From a bacterium (GTDB taxonomy: Bacteria; UBA10199; 2-02-FULL-50-16; JAJFLM01): a stretch of 64,000 bases of DNA. The notes under the pieces were generated by a model. It searched no databases, was not told the origin of the DNA, and saw only the letters and a list, made by a program, of their open reading frames with translations. Made by a program: the position numbers and the translations under genes. The DNA lies in the NCBI GenBank assembly GCA_965216315.1, contig CBDCFN010000016.1, forward strand, positions 1,952,001 to 2,016,000, written 5' to 3'. Within the stretch, counting starts at the first letter, position 1, and every line of letters starts with the position of its first letter. This document shows positions 1 to 11,400 of this stretch, piece by piece.

Positions 1-69
1 GAGCATATTGGAATGAATTTTGATTTGGTTGTCGAGGAAATGCTCGCAAGTGTGAGTTTGAAAGCATGA
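1..69 (+). CDS. ddl: D-alanine--D-alanine ligase, C-terminal fragment (partial at window edge)
   Basis: Frame 1 reads EHIGMNFDLVVEEMLASVSLKA*, like the Ddl C-terminal helix; its stop overlaps the ftsQ start (ATGA); canonical dcw order ddl-ftsQ-ftsA-ftsZ. Confidence 0.65.
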   Translation, partial: EHIGMNFDLVVEEMLASVSLKA

Positions 70-899
70 AAAAACTATCGCAAACGAAAACTGTTAAGCG
101 TCGCAGGGCAAAACCGACTCCACGTCGCCGAGTCCGTCGGCTTAAACTACCCAAGCTTAATTGGTCGGGGTTGTCTTGGTCTAAGCTTCAATGGAAGCCT
201 TTCGCAGGAGCCTTTTTAGCTATCTTCTTTGTCGCGTGGTGGGTCCGTTATGATCCTGCCTCTTGGTTTCGTCTTAACAAAATTCATGTGGCTGGTCCGA
301 CGCAACACCTAACGGTTGAAGAAATTGAAGAATTGGCGGCACCAACCTTTGGGCTCCCCTTAATGGGCATTGATCTCAATCCCATACAAAATCGAATCGA
401 AGCCCATCCTTGGGTGCGAACGGCCAACTTAAGGCGACTACTTCCAGGTACCTTATATATACTTGTCGAAGAACATGTGCCGGCTGCTCATTTATTACTA
501 CCGAAACCCTATCTCGTCAGTGACGAAGGTATCACTATAAAAAAAGTCGAGCCTCAAGATCCGACGGACCTACCCAGGATCTTAGGCCTCGAACAGATAA
601 CAGATAATCATTTAATGCATCGACGCATTCTCGAAAGCTTGGCCGTTGCTCACAAACTGAAGACAACCGGGGCCTTAGAACCCTTCGGCTTGTCTGAAAT
701 CAAGTGGGTAAACGGTCGGCGCTTAACCCTGATTACGGGGACGCGTCCATTCAACATCGAACTCGGGGGAGCTCCGTGGAGCGACAAGATAGATCGTCTT
801 ATCCACGTACTTCCCCATGTTGAACGCGATGGCAGATTTCCAGTCCGAGTCGCATTGGACCAAAGCGACGGTGTGGTTGTGAGATATATCAATAATTAA
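66..899 (+). CDS. ftsQ: cell division protein FtsQ/DivIB
   Basis: Basic N-tail, one TM helix, POTRA-like segment (IEAHPWVRTANLRRLLPGTLYILVEE); directly upstream of ftsA. Confidence 0.9.
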   Translation: MKKLSQTKTVKRRRAKPTPRRRVRRLKLPKLNWSGLSWSKLQWKPFAGAFLAIFFVAWWVRYDPASWFRLNKIHVAGPTQHLTVEEIEELAAPTFGLPLMGIDLNPIQNRIEAHPWVRTANLRRLLPGTLYILVEEHVPAAHLLLPKPYLVSDEGITIKKVEPQDPTDLPRILGLEQITDNHLMHRRILESLAVAHKLKTTGALEPFGLSEIKWVNGRRLTLITGTRPFNIELGGAPWSDKIDRLIHVLPHVERDGRFPVRVALDQSDGVVVRYINN

Positions 900-909
900 G
901 GAGGACGAC

Positions 910-2136
910 ATGGCTAAACGGGATGACAAAATAATCGGTCTTGATATTGGGACCACAAAAATTTGCGCGATTGTCGGGCAAGTGACGGACGATGGGGTTG
1001 ATATCATCGGTATCGGTTCCCACCCGTCACGCGGCCTGCGCAAAGGAGTCGTAATCAACATCGAATCAACGGTTGAATCGATCAAAAAAGCCGTTGAAGA
1101 AGCCGAGCTAATGGCAGGATGTGAGATACACTCTGTCTACGCCGGTATCTCCGGCGGCCATATTCGTGGTATCAACAGCCACGGTATCGTCGCCATTAAA
1201 AATCGCGAAGTCACTGCCGCAGACGTCGAACGGGTCATTGACGCCGCCCAAGCTGTTGCCATTCCTCTTGATCGTGAGGTTATTCATGTCATCCCGCAAG
1301 AATACCGAATCGATGATCAAGACAGCATTCGTGACCCTATCGGTATGAGTGGGGTCCGCCTCGAAGCCAAAGTCCATATTGTCAGTGCCGCAGTCACTTC
1401 CGCCCAAAACATCATCAAGTGTTGCAATCGTGCCGGTCTCAATGTCAGCGATATCGGTTTGGAGCAACTGGCCAGCGCCGAGTCCACGCTGAGCCAAGAA
1501 GAAAAAGATCTCGGAGTCGCCATCATTGATATCGGTGGTGGCACGACCGACCTTGCCATCTTCGTCAATGGGAGTCTCGTCCATACCTCCGTCCTGTCCG
1601 TCGGCGGCAACCATGTCACTAATGACATTGCTGTCGGTCTCCGCACTCCTGCAGCTGAAGCTGAGAAGATCAAGCTTAAGTATGGTTGTGCCCTCTCCTC
1701 TTTAACTCAAAAAGAGGAAACCATTGAAGTCCCGAGTGTCGGCGGACGTGCCGACCGCATCATGTCTCGCCAGATCCTGGCAGAAATCATCGAGCCGCGG
1801 ATGGAAGAAATGTTCGCCCTGACACGTCAGGAGATCATTAACTCCGGCTACGCCGACGTCATTTCTTCCGGGCTCGTCATTACCGGCGGCAGCAGTCTCT
1901 TGGAAGGCGCGTGCGAACTGGCAGAACAAGTCTTCAACCTGCCCGTCCGAACCGGCCAGCCCGAGGATATCGGCGGACTTGTCGAAGTCGTCCGCAGCCC
2001 GATCTACTCGACAGGAGTTGGGCTTGTCATTCAAGGCCAGCACGATCAAGGCGATAGTCGTTTCACCGTACGTGACAATTCCGTCTACGACAAAGTCAAA
2101 GGTCGCATGAAGGGGTGGTTAGCAGAAATATTCTAA
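910..2136 (+). CDS. ftsA: cell division protein FtsA
   Basis: GLDIGTTKI and DIGGGTTD actin-fold motifs; GGAGG RBS. Confidence 0.98.
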   Translation: MAKRDDKIIGLDIGTTKICAIVGQVTDDGVDIIGIGSHPSRGLRKGVVINIESTVESIKKAVEEAELMAGCEIHSVYAGISGGHIRGINSHGIVAIKNREVTAADVERVIDAAQAVAIPLDREVIHVIPQEYRIDDQDSIRDPIGMSGVRLEAKVHIVSAAVTSAQNIIKCCNRAGLNVSDIGLEQLASAESTLSQEEKDLGVAIIDIGGGTTDLAIFVNGSLVHTSVLSVGGNHVTNDIAVGLRTPAAEAEKIKLKYGCALSSLTQKEETIEVPSVGGRADRIMSRQILAEIIEPRMEEMFALTRQEIINSGYADVISSGLVITGGSSLLEGACELAEQVFNLPVRTGQPEDIGGLVEVVRSPIYSTGVGLVIQGQHDQGDSRFTVRDNSVYDKVKGRMKGWLAEIF

Positions 2137-2176
2137 GCATCGCTAAATAACTCTAACTTCTTTTAAGGAGGAGTGA

Positions 2177-3415
2177 ATGTTTAAATTAATCGAAGAGAAT
2201 GTTATCCAAGGAGCTAAGATTAAAGTCATCGGTGTTGGGGGCGGAGGGGGGAACGCCCTCAATACGATGATCCAGTCCGACCTACAAGGGGTCGAATTCA
2301 TCGCCGCCAACACCGACATGCAGGCCATCGAATCGAATTTGGCAACAATCAAATTACAGCTCGGCAAAGCCCTCACCTCAGGACTGGGCGCAGGAGCCAA
2401 CCCAGATGTCGGACGATCCTCGGCGCTAGAAAGCGAATCAGAAATCACTGAGTTGCTTCGCGGTGCCGATATGGTCTTCATTACAGCCGGCATGGGGGGC
2501 GGAACCGGCACTGGAGCCGCACCGGTCATTGCTCGGATTGCTAAGGAAGTCGGAGCCCTTACCGTCGGAGTCGTTACTAAACCCTTCGGCTTTGAAGGTA
2601 AAAGGCGGGGCCGCCTCGCCGATGAAGGACTCCAAGTCCTGCAAGAAAATGTTGATACCTTAATAACGATCCCCAATGAACGCCTCCTCCAGATTGCGGG
2701 ACAAGACATGTCGATGATCGATTCCTTCAAACGAGTCGATGAGGTCTTGTTGCACGCCGTCCGCGGTATTGCGGACCTCATCACCGTCAACGGTCTCATC
2801 AATCTCGACTTTGCGGATATCCGCACGGTTATGGGTGAAACCGGAATGGCCCTGATGGGCACCGGTGTCGCCGCAGGCGAAAGTCGCGCGGTGGAAGCCG
2901 CCACGCGGGCCATCAGTTCTCCACTCTTGGAAAACGTTTCCATGGCTGGGGCTACCGGCATACTCATCAACATCTGCGGTAGCACCAACATGACACTCTA
3001 TGAAGTCAACGAAGCCGCTCAATTGATCCAGGAAGAAGCGGAAGAAAATGCCAACATCCTCTTTGGCGCCGTTCTCGATGAAAGCTTGGAAGATCAACTC
3101 CGAGTCACCGTTATCGCGACTGGTTTCAAACAACGGATGCAGTACAGCCATGCACGTTCTAACGTCCGCCCGCTTCGAGGCTGGGAACGTAAGAGCATTG
3201 TGGACACTCCGGAAATTGTGAGACCTGCGATCTCCGCAGAAGGAGAAACGGAAACACAATTACAAACTGTCAGTAGCAGTGAAAGTGAAGGACAAGCGGG
3301 CACACAGCTAGATATGCAGCGCTTGGTTCAAGAGATTGGTTTCTCAGGTGGGACGCAAGAGGTCGAACCCGATCAGTATGACATTCCCACTTTTCTGAGA
3401 AAGCATGCCGATTAG
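2177..3415 (+). CDS. ftsZ: cell division GTPase FtsZ
   Basis: GGGTGTG tubulin signature, NLDFAD, C-terminal DIPTFLRK peptide. Confidence 0.99.
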   Translation: MFKLIEENVIQGAKIKVIGVGGGGGNALNTMIQSDLQGVEFIAANTDMQAIESNLATIKLQLGKALTSGLGAGANPDVGRSSALESESEITELLRGADMVFITAGMGGGTGTGAAPVIARIAKEVGALTVGVVTKPFGFEGKRRGRLADEGLQVLQENVDTLITIPNERLLQIAGQDMSMIDSFKRVDEVLLHAVRGIADLITVNGLINLDFADIRTVMGETGMALMGTGVAAGESRAVEAATRAISSPLLENVSMAGATGILINICGSTNMTLYEVNEAAQLIQEEAEENANILFGAVLDESLEDQLRVTVIATGFKQRMQYSHARSNVRPLRGWERKSIVDTPEIVRPAISAEGETETQLQTVSSSESEGQAGTQLDMQRLVQEIGFSGGTQEVEPDQYDIPTFLRKHAD

Positions 3416-3471
3416 ACGCTTCATCAGGCCCCTTAAGGGGGGTTCATTAATTGTACCCTTGGAGGTATGTT

Positions 3472-5451
3472 ATGCGAAAATTACTCTGTCTAATCATTGT
3501 TGCCATTCTACCGTTCATAGTCAATTGCGCCGGCAGCGGATGGGGACCGAACTCTCCTAAAAATCCCAATCTGTACAAAGGTTCATTTAGCCGATCAGAC
3601 TTTAATGTACCGGTGGTGCTCAATGAGCATACTGCAAAATGGCTGGACTTCTATCAGAAGCGCGGTCGCAAACACTTTGCCCGGCACCTGAATCGATCTT
3701 ATCGATACATTCCCCAGATGAAGAAAATACTCAAAGAGCATGGCCTCCCAACAGACCTCGTTTATATCGCGTTGATTGAGAGTGGCTTTAACGCCAAGGC
3801 ACATTCCCACGCGAATGCGGTCGGTTTCTGGCAATTCATTTCGGCAACAGGACGTCGTTACGATCTCAAGATAAACCGTCATGTTGATGAACGACGCGAC
3901 TTTGTCAAAGCCACCCACGCAGCGGCACGCTACCTCAAAGATCTCCATAATATGTTCGGTCATTGGTACCTTGCGGCTTCCGGCTACAATGCCGGCGAAG
4001 GCACCATTATGCGAGCTATCAAAAAAACCGGTTCTAAAGATTTTTGGACACTCGCTGACAGCAAATATCTTCGCAGTGAGACCAAGAACTATATTCCCAA
4101 ATACCTCGCGGCAATGATTATCGCGAAAAATCCGGAGCGTTTTGGCTATGATAATCTGGAGCCGCAGGCTCCACTTGAGTATGAAACTATTCAAGTTCGT
4201 GGCAATCCCGTCGATTTACGCGTCGCCGCTAAGTTATTAAAGCGGGATAAAGCGGAACTGGAGACATTGAATCCAGAACTCAAGCTCGGCATGACCCCGC
4301 CCAATCGCAAATCGTACGCCCTGCGCGTCCCAAGCGGTCAGGGCGGACGCATGCGCAGCAAACTCGCCTCGATGCCCAAACATTTGCGTATGGCGCAACG
4401 TGAGCACCATGTTGTCGCCGGCGAAACGCTGGAATCCCTGGCCAAGCAAAACAATATGTCCCTCAAATACTTTGCGATGGCCAACGGCATGAGCGCAAAA
4501 AGCTCTCTCAAGCCGGGGCAAAGAATAGGCATCCCTTTTAAACCACCTCGCGACATGTGGCGTTATAAAGGTAGCGGCAAAAGTGGGGTTTATTATCATC
4601 GTGTTCGTGCCGGCGATTCTCTCTGGAAGATTGCACAGCGTTACAAAGTTCCCATGCGCAAACTTCGTAAGTGGAACAAGGGGAAAATCGGCAAACATTT
4701 AAAGCCCGGACAAAAAATTGCACTGCGCGGCAGTAAAAATAAATATCAAAAGAAAGCGAGCCAGTCTAAAACGGTCGTCGCCAGCAAGAGCAAGCGTTCC
4801 GGCAAAACGGTCAAGTACCGGGTCAAATCAGGAGATAGTCTTTGGACCATTGCCAGTGCTCACGGCGTCAGTATCAGCGAGCTCAAGTCCTGGAATCAAG
4901 GCACGCTTAAAAAACATCTAAAGCCCGGTCAAAGACTGGTCATTAAAGGAGCCGGCAACACAAAGGTAAAATCGAGTCAAAGTGTCATCGTTGCGAGTAA
5001 TGCGAACACAAGCAAAACGAAAAAAAGCACTGGCAATTATAAAGTACAATCGGGCGATAGCCTCTGGACCATTGCCCAAAAGAACAAAGTCAGTGTCTCC
5101 CAGCTGAAAAAATGGAATGAAGGCAATATTGGTCGTCACCTCAAACCCGGTCAGCGCATCAAAATTGTCAAGAGCGGGTCGGCTTCACAGTCTAAACCGC
5201 GCACGAACGCAGCGAAACCAACAACGGTTGCTAAGGCCGAGTCCACTCCGGCGATTTCAACTGCCACCAAACAGAAGACGATTATGCATAAAATCTCTTC
5301 CGGCGATACGTTATGGGATATCGCGCGCAAGTACGGTGTCAGTACGCGTGACATCAAAAAATGGAACGGGATTGACCAAGTCAAGCGCCTACGTCCGGGT
5401 AATAGGTTGAAAATCTACGTGAAACGGGCGGCGACGCCGTCGAAGGCCTAG
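3472..5451 (+). CDS. mltD: MltD-like lytic murein transglycosylase lipoprotein with five LysM domains
   Basis: ATG at 3472 after GGAGG; lipobox IVNC; SLT motifs IES, GFWQF, YNAG, ETKNY; five LysM repeats (V.xGDSLW.IA). Confidence 0.85.
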   Translation: MRKLLCLIIVAILPFIVNCAGSGWGPNSPKNPNLYKGSFSRSDFNVPVVLNEHTAKWLDFYQKRGRKHFARHLNRSYRYIPQMKKILKEHGLPTDLVYIALIESGFNAKAHSHANAVGFWQFISATGRRYDLKINRHVDERRDFVKATHAAARYLKDLHNMFGHWYLAASGYNAGEGTIMRAIKKTGSKDFWTLADSKYLRSETKNYIPKYLAAMIIAKNPERFGYDNLEPQAPLEYETIQVRGNPVDLRVAAKLLKRDKAELETLNPELKLGMTPPNRKSYALRVPSGQGGRMRSKLASMPKHLRMAQREHHVVAGETLESLAKQNNMSLKYFAMANGMSAKSSLKPGQRIGIPFKPPRDMWRYKGSGKSGVYYHRVRAGDSLWKIAQRYKVPMRKLRKWNKGKIGKHLKPGQKIALRGSKNKYQKKASQSKTVVASKSKRSGKTVKYRVKSGDSLWTIASAHGVSISELKSWNQGTLKKHLKPGQRLVIKGAGNTKVKSSQSVIVASNANTSKTKKSTGNYKVQSGDSLWTIAQKNKVSVSQLKKWNEGNIGRHLKPGQRIKIVKSGSASQSKPRTNAAKPTTVAKAESTPAISTATKQKTIMHKISSGDTLWDIARKYGVSTRDIKKWNGIDQVKRLRPGNRLKIYVKRAATPSKA

Positions 5452-8153
5452 ATAAGGCGCGAAAAGAATTCGGCGACTCTGAAGGCCGTCAACTGTAGGG
5501 TCGTGGAGGCCCCGCGTCCCAGCAAACCGGACCACCAAGACCGCTTTTCATCGGTTTCACCCAGGCCAAAAGCCCGCGCGCCTTCTCGGCTCGCGGTTGC
5601 CAAGCCTTCAGTCGCCATACTGATGGCAAGGGCACTGACCAAAAAGGTTCCGAATTCCGGTGAACCTACGGCATAAAAGGCGCCGCCTAAGAGACCTGTT
5701 GTTGCCACGGGAATTCCCACCTTGGCCATCGCTCTCAGGGCGGACGTCCCTGAAGAGGCATTCTCCGTCGCCACTATATCGCTATCTCCCTCGGCAGATT
5801 GATCGGTCCCGCTTTCATCTTGCGTTTGACTTGCGGCTGTTGCCGGTAACGCTTTCTTCTGTTGAGAATTTGAAGCAACGAGACCTCCAATATCTAAGCC
5901 CCAGCGCAACCCTTGAAAAGCGAACAAGGCCGTACCCAATAAAAGACCCACCATCGGATACGTTGCGATCTCCGGCGCTTCCATGCCCGCATAGTGAGCT
6001 CCAATCATTAACGGCAAGACACGCTGGACCCACACGCGCCGCATGAACGGGGAAGACCCATCACGAACCAAACCGGCCGACAAAAACATCGAAGCAATGG
6101 CTGCTGAGGTCCCCATCGCAATCGATCCCGAATTACCGATAAGCTCAAGGACATTCAGAGGCTTGTCCGCGAGTGCGGTGACGACGGCATCAGCGGCCAC
6201 CGCCCCTCCATAATAGGACAAACCTGTTGGAACGCCATGGCCGGCTATCGCTCGTCCCCAGTCGGACAGATAAGGAGCCCAACCTTCTCGATAGGTATCG
6301 GTGACAACGGTTTCGCGATCCCCCTGCCGTGACATCCGTATCGTAACAGTCCCTTTGGCGCCCCCTAATAGAAAACCGATAACACCACTGCGCTCACTGA
6401 CATTAACCCCGTTGTACGTCGTAAGGACCTTATTCTCAAAATCCCGCTTCGAACAATTCGTCGTATAAACAATACCCGGCTCTTCGCCGCGAACCGCTAA
6501 TTTGACAAGCGGGTGGTCGGAGGGAGAGTCCGTATACACCCCGGCAATTCGGTATTCAACACCGAGCTCCTTTAAAGGCTCGAAAAGTCTTTCTTCTAAT
6601 AAGTCTATTTTTGATTCATCATGGTTCCAATGAAACTCTCCGGTCAGTTCTTTGTTACCTTCTTCCGTTTCACGGACTCCAAACCAGGTCCCCTGAACAT
6701 TTTCTGCCGGCACCCCATATTTTGCCAGTACCCCGGCAACAAGTTTTTCGGGAGAGGCGGATGAAATAATTACCAGGCGACCCGCGGCGATATGCTTGCG
6801 AAGCTCCTCCATCACAAAGGCACTATGCCCCATGTCGCCATAATACTTGATGAAGCGCTCAAAGCTGTCTTCGAATTTGTAGGGATCTCCTATCTCCAGC
6901 GCCTTGGCAATAATACGCTGCGTTGAATCCTTGTCGGCTTCCCCCTTTACTTTTTCTATTACGCCATTAATCAATCCCGGGATAACGACAGCGAGAGTCT
7001 TAATCAGAGAAACCCCCACGGAATGACGTGGATGAGGCACCACATCGAGGAGCAACCATTCCGCCCACAATTGGCCGTGCCTCACGACCAGGCCGCGACG
7101 TCGTCGCAAGGTACCGTCGTAATCAAATATAACCATTTCAACCGGCTCGTCCCGATAAGCCTCCGGATTGGAGCGTATCTTGGACAGGGTCAGGGCTTCG
7201 ATAGATCCTTCACGATGAGCGGCTCCCGCTGTTAAACGTCTCGCTTCACTCGCGGCCCGTGCGATCGCGTTTTTCGAATGCTTCTCCGATGCGGTAATCT
7301 GGCGGATCTTTAGAATCGTCGGCGCCTCGCGTGCCAATAAATCAAGTTGGGTTGGATTCAGGGTCGTTACCTGCTCCACCGCACCCACCGCCTTGCTCTC
7401 ACTGTGGACACCCAAAAGCTCTTGCGGCGTTTCTTCTAATAAAGCTTGATGTTCCTCCGTGAAACGGGCGTCCCCGCGCAGACTTCGCAATGCTTCAGCC
7501 ACGGGTGATGGAAAATCATCGAGAACTTCATCGGAGAGAACTATTTTGAGTGCATTTCGAAGGTGCCGTAGTTCCTTAACATCGAGGTCCAAACCGGCCT
7601 TTTCGAAGGCTGCAAGCACTCTTGCCTCGTCGGATAGCGCCTCGCTGCCTGATCCGGCCGCCATTCTTGCTTCGGCTGATTCCCTAAGCTGCGCCGTCAC
7701 CTCTTCGAGACGTTCCACCCCTTTTAGAACTGATTGGGGAGAGGTAGTGGACCCCGAAGAAGCCGGAACAAATTCCTTCAGAACTTCGATACGCTTGTCT
7801 TCGTTGAGCTCTTGAAGGAGCTGCGGTGAAGGGAGGCTATCAACTGAGCCTGTAAAGACGCGCGCAGCAGATTCCGCAGCGGACGACAATTCAAGACGGG
7901 TCAGGCTGGGCTCGTCTTCTACGATCGGACTCATGATCGTGCGCAAGGATCCTATCGCCTGCTGCGGCGGGATATCCAAACCTAGATTTGAAAGAATATT
8001 CACCGACTGCATTTGTAAGGCATTCGTGCTCGCAAGCGCCGGTGCCAATGAAGTGTTTAATGCGGCTGTACCAAAAAAAGTCATATGTCTCCCATCAGCA
8101 AAAAAGGCGGTCACATCAGCGCCGCCTCTTATCCGCCTTATCGCGGGGCCCAC
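5448..8153 (-). CDS. large membrane protein with central HAD-IB (phosphoserine-phosphatase-like) hydrolase domain
   Basis: HAD motifs FDYDGT, ISSAS, K, YTDSPSD; several hydrophobic helices in the C-terminal third; start uncertain. Confidence 0.65.
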   Translation of the reverse strand: MGPAIRRIRGGADVTAFFADGRHMTFFGTAALNTSLAPALASTNALQMQSVNILSNLGLDIPPQQAIGSLRTIMSPIVEDEPSLTRLELSSAAESAARVFTGSVDSLPSPQLLQELNEDKRIEVLKEFVPASSGSTTSPQSVLKGVERLEEVTAQLRESAEARMAAGSGSEALSDEARVLAAFEKAGLDLDVKELRHLRNALKIVLSDEVLDDFPSPVAEALRSLRGDARFTEEHQALLEETPQELLGVHSESKAVGAVEQVTTLNPTQLDLLAREAPTILKIRQITASEKHSKNAIARAASEARRLTAGAAHREGSIEALTLSKIRSNPEAYRDEPVEMVIFDYDGTLRRRRGLVVRHGQLWAEWLLLDVVPHPRHSVGVSLIKTLAVVIPGLINGVIEKVKGEADKDSTQRIIAKALEIGDPYKFEDSFERFIKYYGDMGHSAFVMEELRKHIAAGRLVIISSASPEKLVAGVLAKYGVPAENVQGTWFGVRETEEGNKELTGEFHWNHDESKIDLLEERLFEPLKELGVEYRIAGVYTDSPSDHPLVKLAVRGEEPGIVYTTNCSKRDFENKVLTTYNGVNVSERSGVIGFLLGGAKGTVTIRMSRQGDRETVVTDTYREGWAPYLSDWGRAIAGHGVPTGLSYYGGAVAADAVVTALADKPLNVLELIGNSGSIAMGTSAAIASMFLSAGLVRDGSSPFMRRVWVQRVLPLMIGAHYAGMEAPEIATYPMVGLLLGTALFAFQGLRWGLDIGGLVASNSQQKKALPATAASQTQDESGTDQSAEGDSDIVATENASSGTSALRAMAKVGIPVATTGLLGGAFYAVGSPEFGTFLVSALAISMATEGLATASREGARAFGLGETDEKRSWWSGLLGRGASTTLQLTAFRVAEFFSRLI

Positions 8154-8434
8154 AGGAATGTTGCGTCTATTTACCGAAGATAAGCCTATGATATGAAAAG
8201 GGTTTCAAAAATTTTCAAGCGAGAGAGACGTCCTCTTCGAGGAAGATGACGCACGTCCTCAAATGTACTCTCGGGAGTTTATCTCAATCTATGTTAGCCG
8301 GGACGAGTTTTAAATAAACTTGGCAATCCGGATTTTGTTTTCGAAAAAACCTGTATACAAATGAATACATTAATGTGATTTTGCCTGTTTTTGTTAGCCT
8401 TTCTTAGCAACATCTCTCTGAAGAATGCGATGCC

Positions 8435-11400
8435 TTGAGTATGGGAGACGGTGCGATTCCCAAGGGGAGTAATTCCCCAGGGGACAACTCCATTCAGCCA
8501 ACCGATCAACGGAATGTCGTGGGGACAAATTCCGCAGGGCCCAGTACGGCCTTCCAGAGCCAGCCTCAACTTCCCATCGACGGTTTCCTTGATATATCTT
8601 TGTCCGGACGCCTGCCTCATCGCGGCAAGGACGGTCGCGGCCCGTGGTTTGTGGATCGACATCGTTCACTAGAGCGTTTCGGTGGCGAATTTGCCGTCCG
8701 CGGGGGGCCCTTTGAAGTCAACGGAAAACTCCCGATCCGGAACGGATTCCTCGATCTAAGCGGCAACATACTCAACTTGACGGGCCTGAAATTCTACGAT
8801 GTCGGCGGCGGCACGGTCAGTGGCAATCTATGGAGTGCCGATGGCGCCCTCTTCACCGCCAAGCGTATTTCGCTGGATGAAAATGGTGTGCCGCGTCTTT
8901 ATGGCTCCACTCTCTTTGGAGCCCCCTTTGACGACAAACTCCGCATCGTCGGCAATAACCCGTACGTCTTTCCCTATGGCCTCAATGCCGGTGGCGAGCT
9001 CATCTGTCACGCGAACAATCGCGATACCGTCGTCACTCCCTTTGCGGCTTCCTCTTCGTTACGCGACAACGGGCTTCCGTCCAGCTGGGCTCTTACTTCC
9101 ATGTTGGGGCTCGGTGATGAAATGAAGGACGTCGCCAACACGGTTAGCGATGCCGGAATACTCGAGCTGTACAGCATGGTTTTTCATCAGTCCACTAGCG
9201 ACCTGGAATATGCTCGCAGCGAGCTGACGAATTATCAGCAGACGATCTCCCAAATGGATGCGGCTTCGTTTCGCGTGTTCTATGGACAGCTTTACGAGCT
9301 CGATGACGGGAGACTTTCTCGCATTCCCGATGATTTCCTCAACAAGGCACATGCAGCCTTTGCCAAAGATTTGATTTTTAATGCCGCTCCGCGAGGGTGC
9401 CGGCCCGACCCGAGCTTTGACATCAGCAATATGCCGGACTGGATGAAAAACGACCCGCTCATGCTGATCGACAACGCCCGCATTAACGGAGATTTTGCTT
9501 TTACGGACTCCCACATACGACTCCCATCCCTCCAGGGGAAACCACCCGTTTCGGTTCTCCTGGGGGGCGGAGTCACTAAGGCCACCGTTGATGTCAGTTA
9601 CAAGAACCCCGAACTCATTGCTTGGAAAGGTGGTGAACGCGATAAGGCAACCCTAGCCAATCTCCGCCATGAACGTGAATTCAATGCGGCGATTAAGACT
9701 CAATTCGATATTGTTTCCGTCAAACTGGGCGACAAAGAACTGCGTATCCCGCTGTCCGGCAATATGGACCTGACGGCGCAACTCAAGGGATTATTCCCAA
9801 CTCGCAAACCGGAAAACTTGACCGCCTATATAATGATGAATGGACTGGTGACGCTCAACGGAGACATTGTTGTCCCGGCGCTTGACGGTATGCCCGAAAT
9901 CAAGATTGAGCGCGGCAAAGGAACGAACCAAGTCAGTGCCAAAAATTTTTCGCTCACTCACAAGAATGGACTCATCACCGTGGGCGGTGAACTGGATGCC
10001 CACTTTAATTTCAATAAGCTACAGATTGGCAACATAACGGCACCAGGCCCTCATAACATCGACTTATCAGTCAAAGCAGATGAAAAGGCCGTCGTGATGG
10101 AACTCGGGGGTCGAATGACGCTACCACGTTCCGGCTATCCCATTCCCTTGCAAGTCGCCCTTTCCCGCGGCTACCTTGAACTCGACAAGTTGAAAGTCGT
10201 CATCGATAACCCCAGCTCCATCGACAATGTCAAAGGCACTTTTGGAGGCACCATCGCCCTGAAGGACCTTGCCGGAACGGTTGATAGCCACCCGGTCACG
10301 GCGAACGCCGCGGTTACGATCAAAGATGGCCGGTTTACTTTTAAGCAGGGACAGATCGATGCCGACTTCAAGCTCGGCATCGATGCTAAAGGCACAATTA
10401 ATAATCAAGGCGTCGATATCCAGCTCCAGAGTGATGTCGGCATCCATGACAGCGGTGTCTGCCAGGTTGATGGCACCAGTCTTTCTTGGCGCCACATCGG
10501 CATGCAGAATGTTGGTGGATCAATCAAGGCAAATTTTAACGGCATCGGCATAGATGCCCCGAAGGGCTCATTTGGCGATGGAACTGTCGCGGAATTTGAC
10601 GGTCAAGTGATTTCCCCCGGCATTCACATGAAAGCGGACGTCGATGGCCCGCGTTTCGGACTCTTTGCAACCACAACAATCAACACTCAAGTCAAGGGCG
10701 TTCAAATCGCCACCCCACAGGGAAAATTTGAAATCAGTGGACAGCTTGTCGGGACGATGAAATTTGTCAACATCTCCAAAGATCCAAAGGTCCCTGATTT
10801 TAAACCGGTCGTCGGTTCGATGCGTTTCGAGCTCCGCAATGGTCAAGTCGCCATGATCGAAGGTGGAAGCAAATTGAATGTTCTTAATGGGGCCACCCTA
10901 GAGATTAAGGACAATGATCAGGGTGTATTCAGCCTGATCGCACATAATCGAATTAATCTCGGTGGCGCGATGGCCAAATTCGGCTTAGGTGACATTCGTA
11001 AGACACTCGGCCTTCCGGGTTCCGTTTCCAACCACCTAAAGATCAGTGAAATCAAAATTGATCCTGCCGGCATTCATCAACACTATCCTGAGATGACACC
11101 GGCCGTGTTTGGACTCGCCAATGATCCATTATTGAAAATTGGCCCGACGGGCAATGAGCAATGGCATCAAACCAACCCACCCGACTTTTGTCCGGCCGAC
11201 CCGACAACATACAGTACGCAACCCGTCGCCACCTATTATGACCCGGGCACGATTGATACAATCAACATTCCTTCAATCATCCTGCGAGCGACCGGAGGCG
11301 GTACGACGCTGCTTTCCGCCCATGGCGGGGCTAAAATCAGCGGTCTCACTACCGACGAGCCCAAGGCCAAATATCACTTGGGTACGACGCTCAAAGGACG

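Noticed and set aside
2143..2991. 282-aa minus-strand ORF
   Set aside because: Antisense shadow of ftsZ
5448..5451. Convergent genes sharing a CTAG stop overlap (also 19321-19324)
   Set aside because: A common compact-genome arrangement; no sign of special function
8177..8190. 14-bp match AAGATAAGCCTATG to the minus strand near 60902-60915
   Set aside because: Matches of this length are expected by chance in 64 kb; contexts are not equivalent
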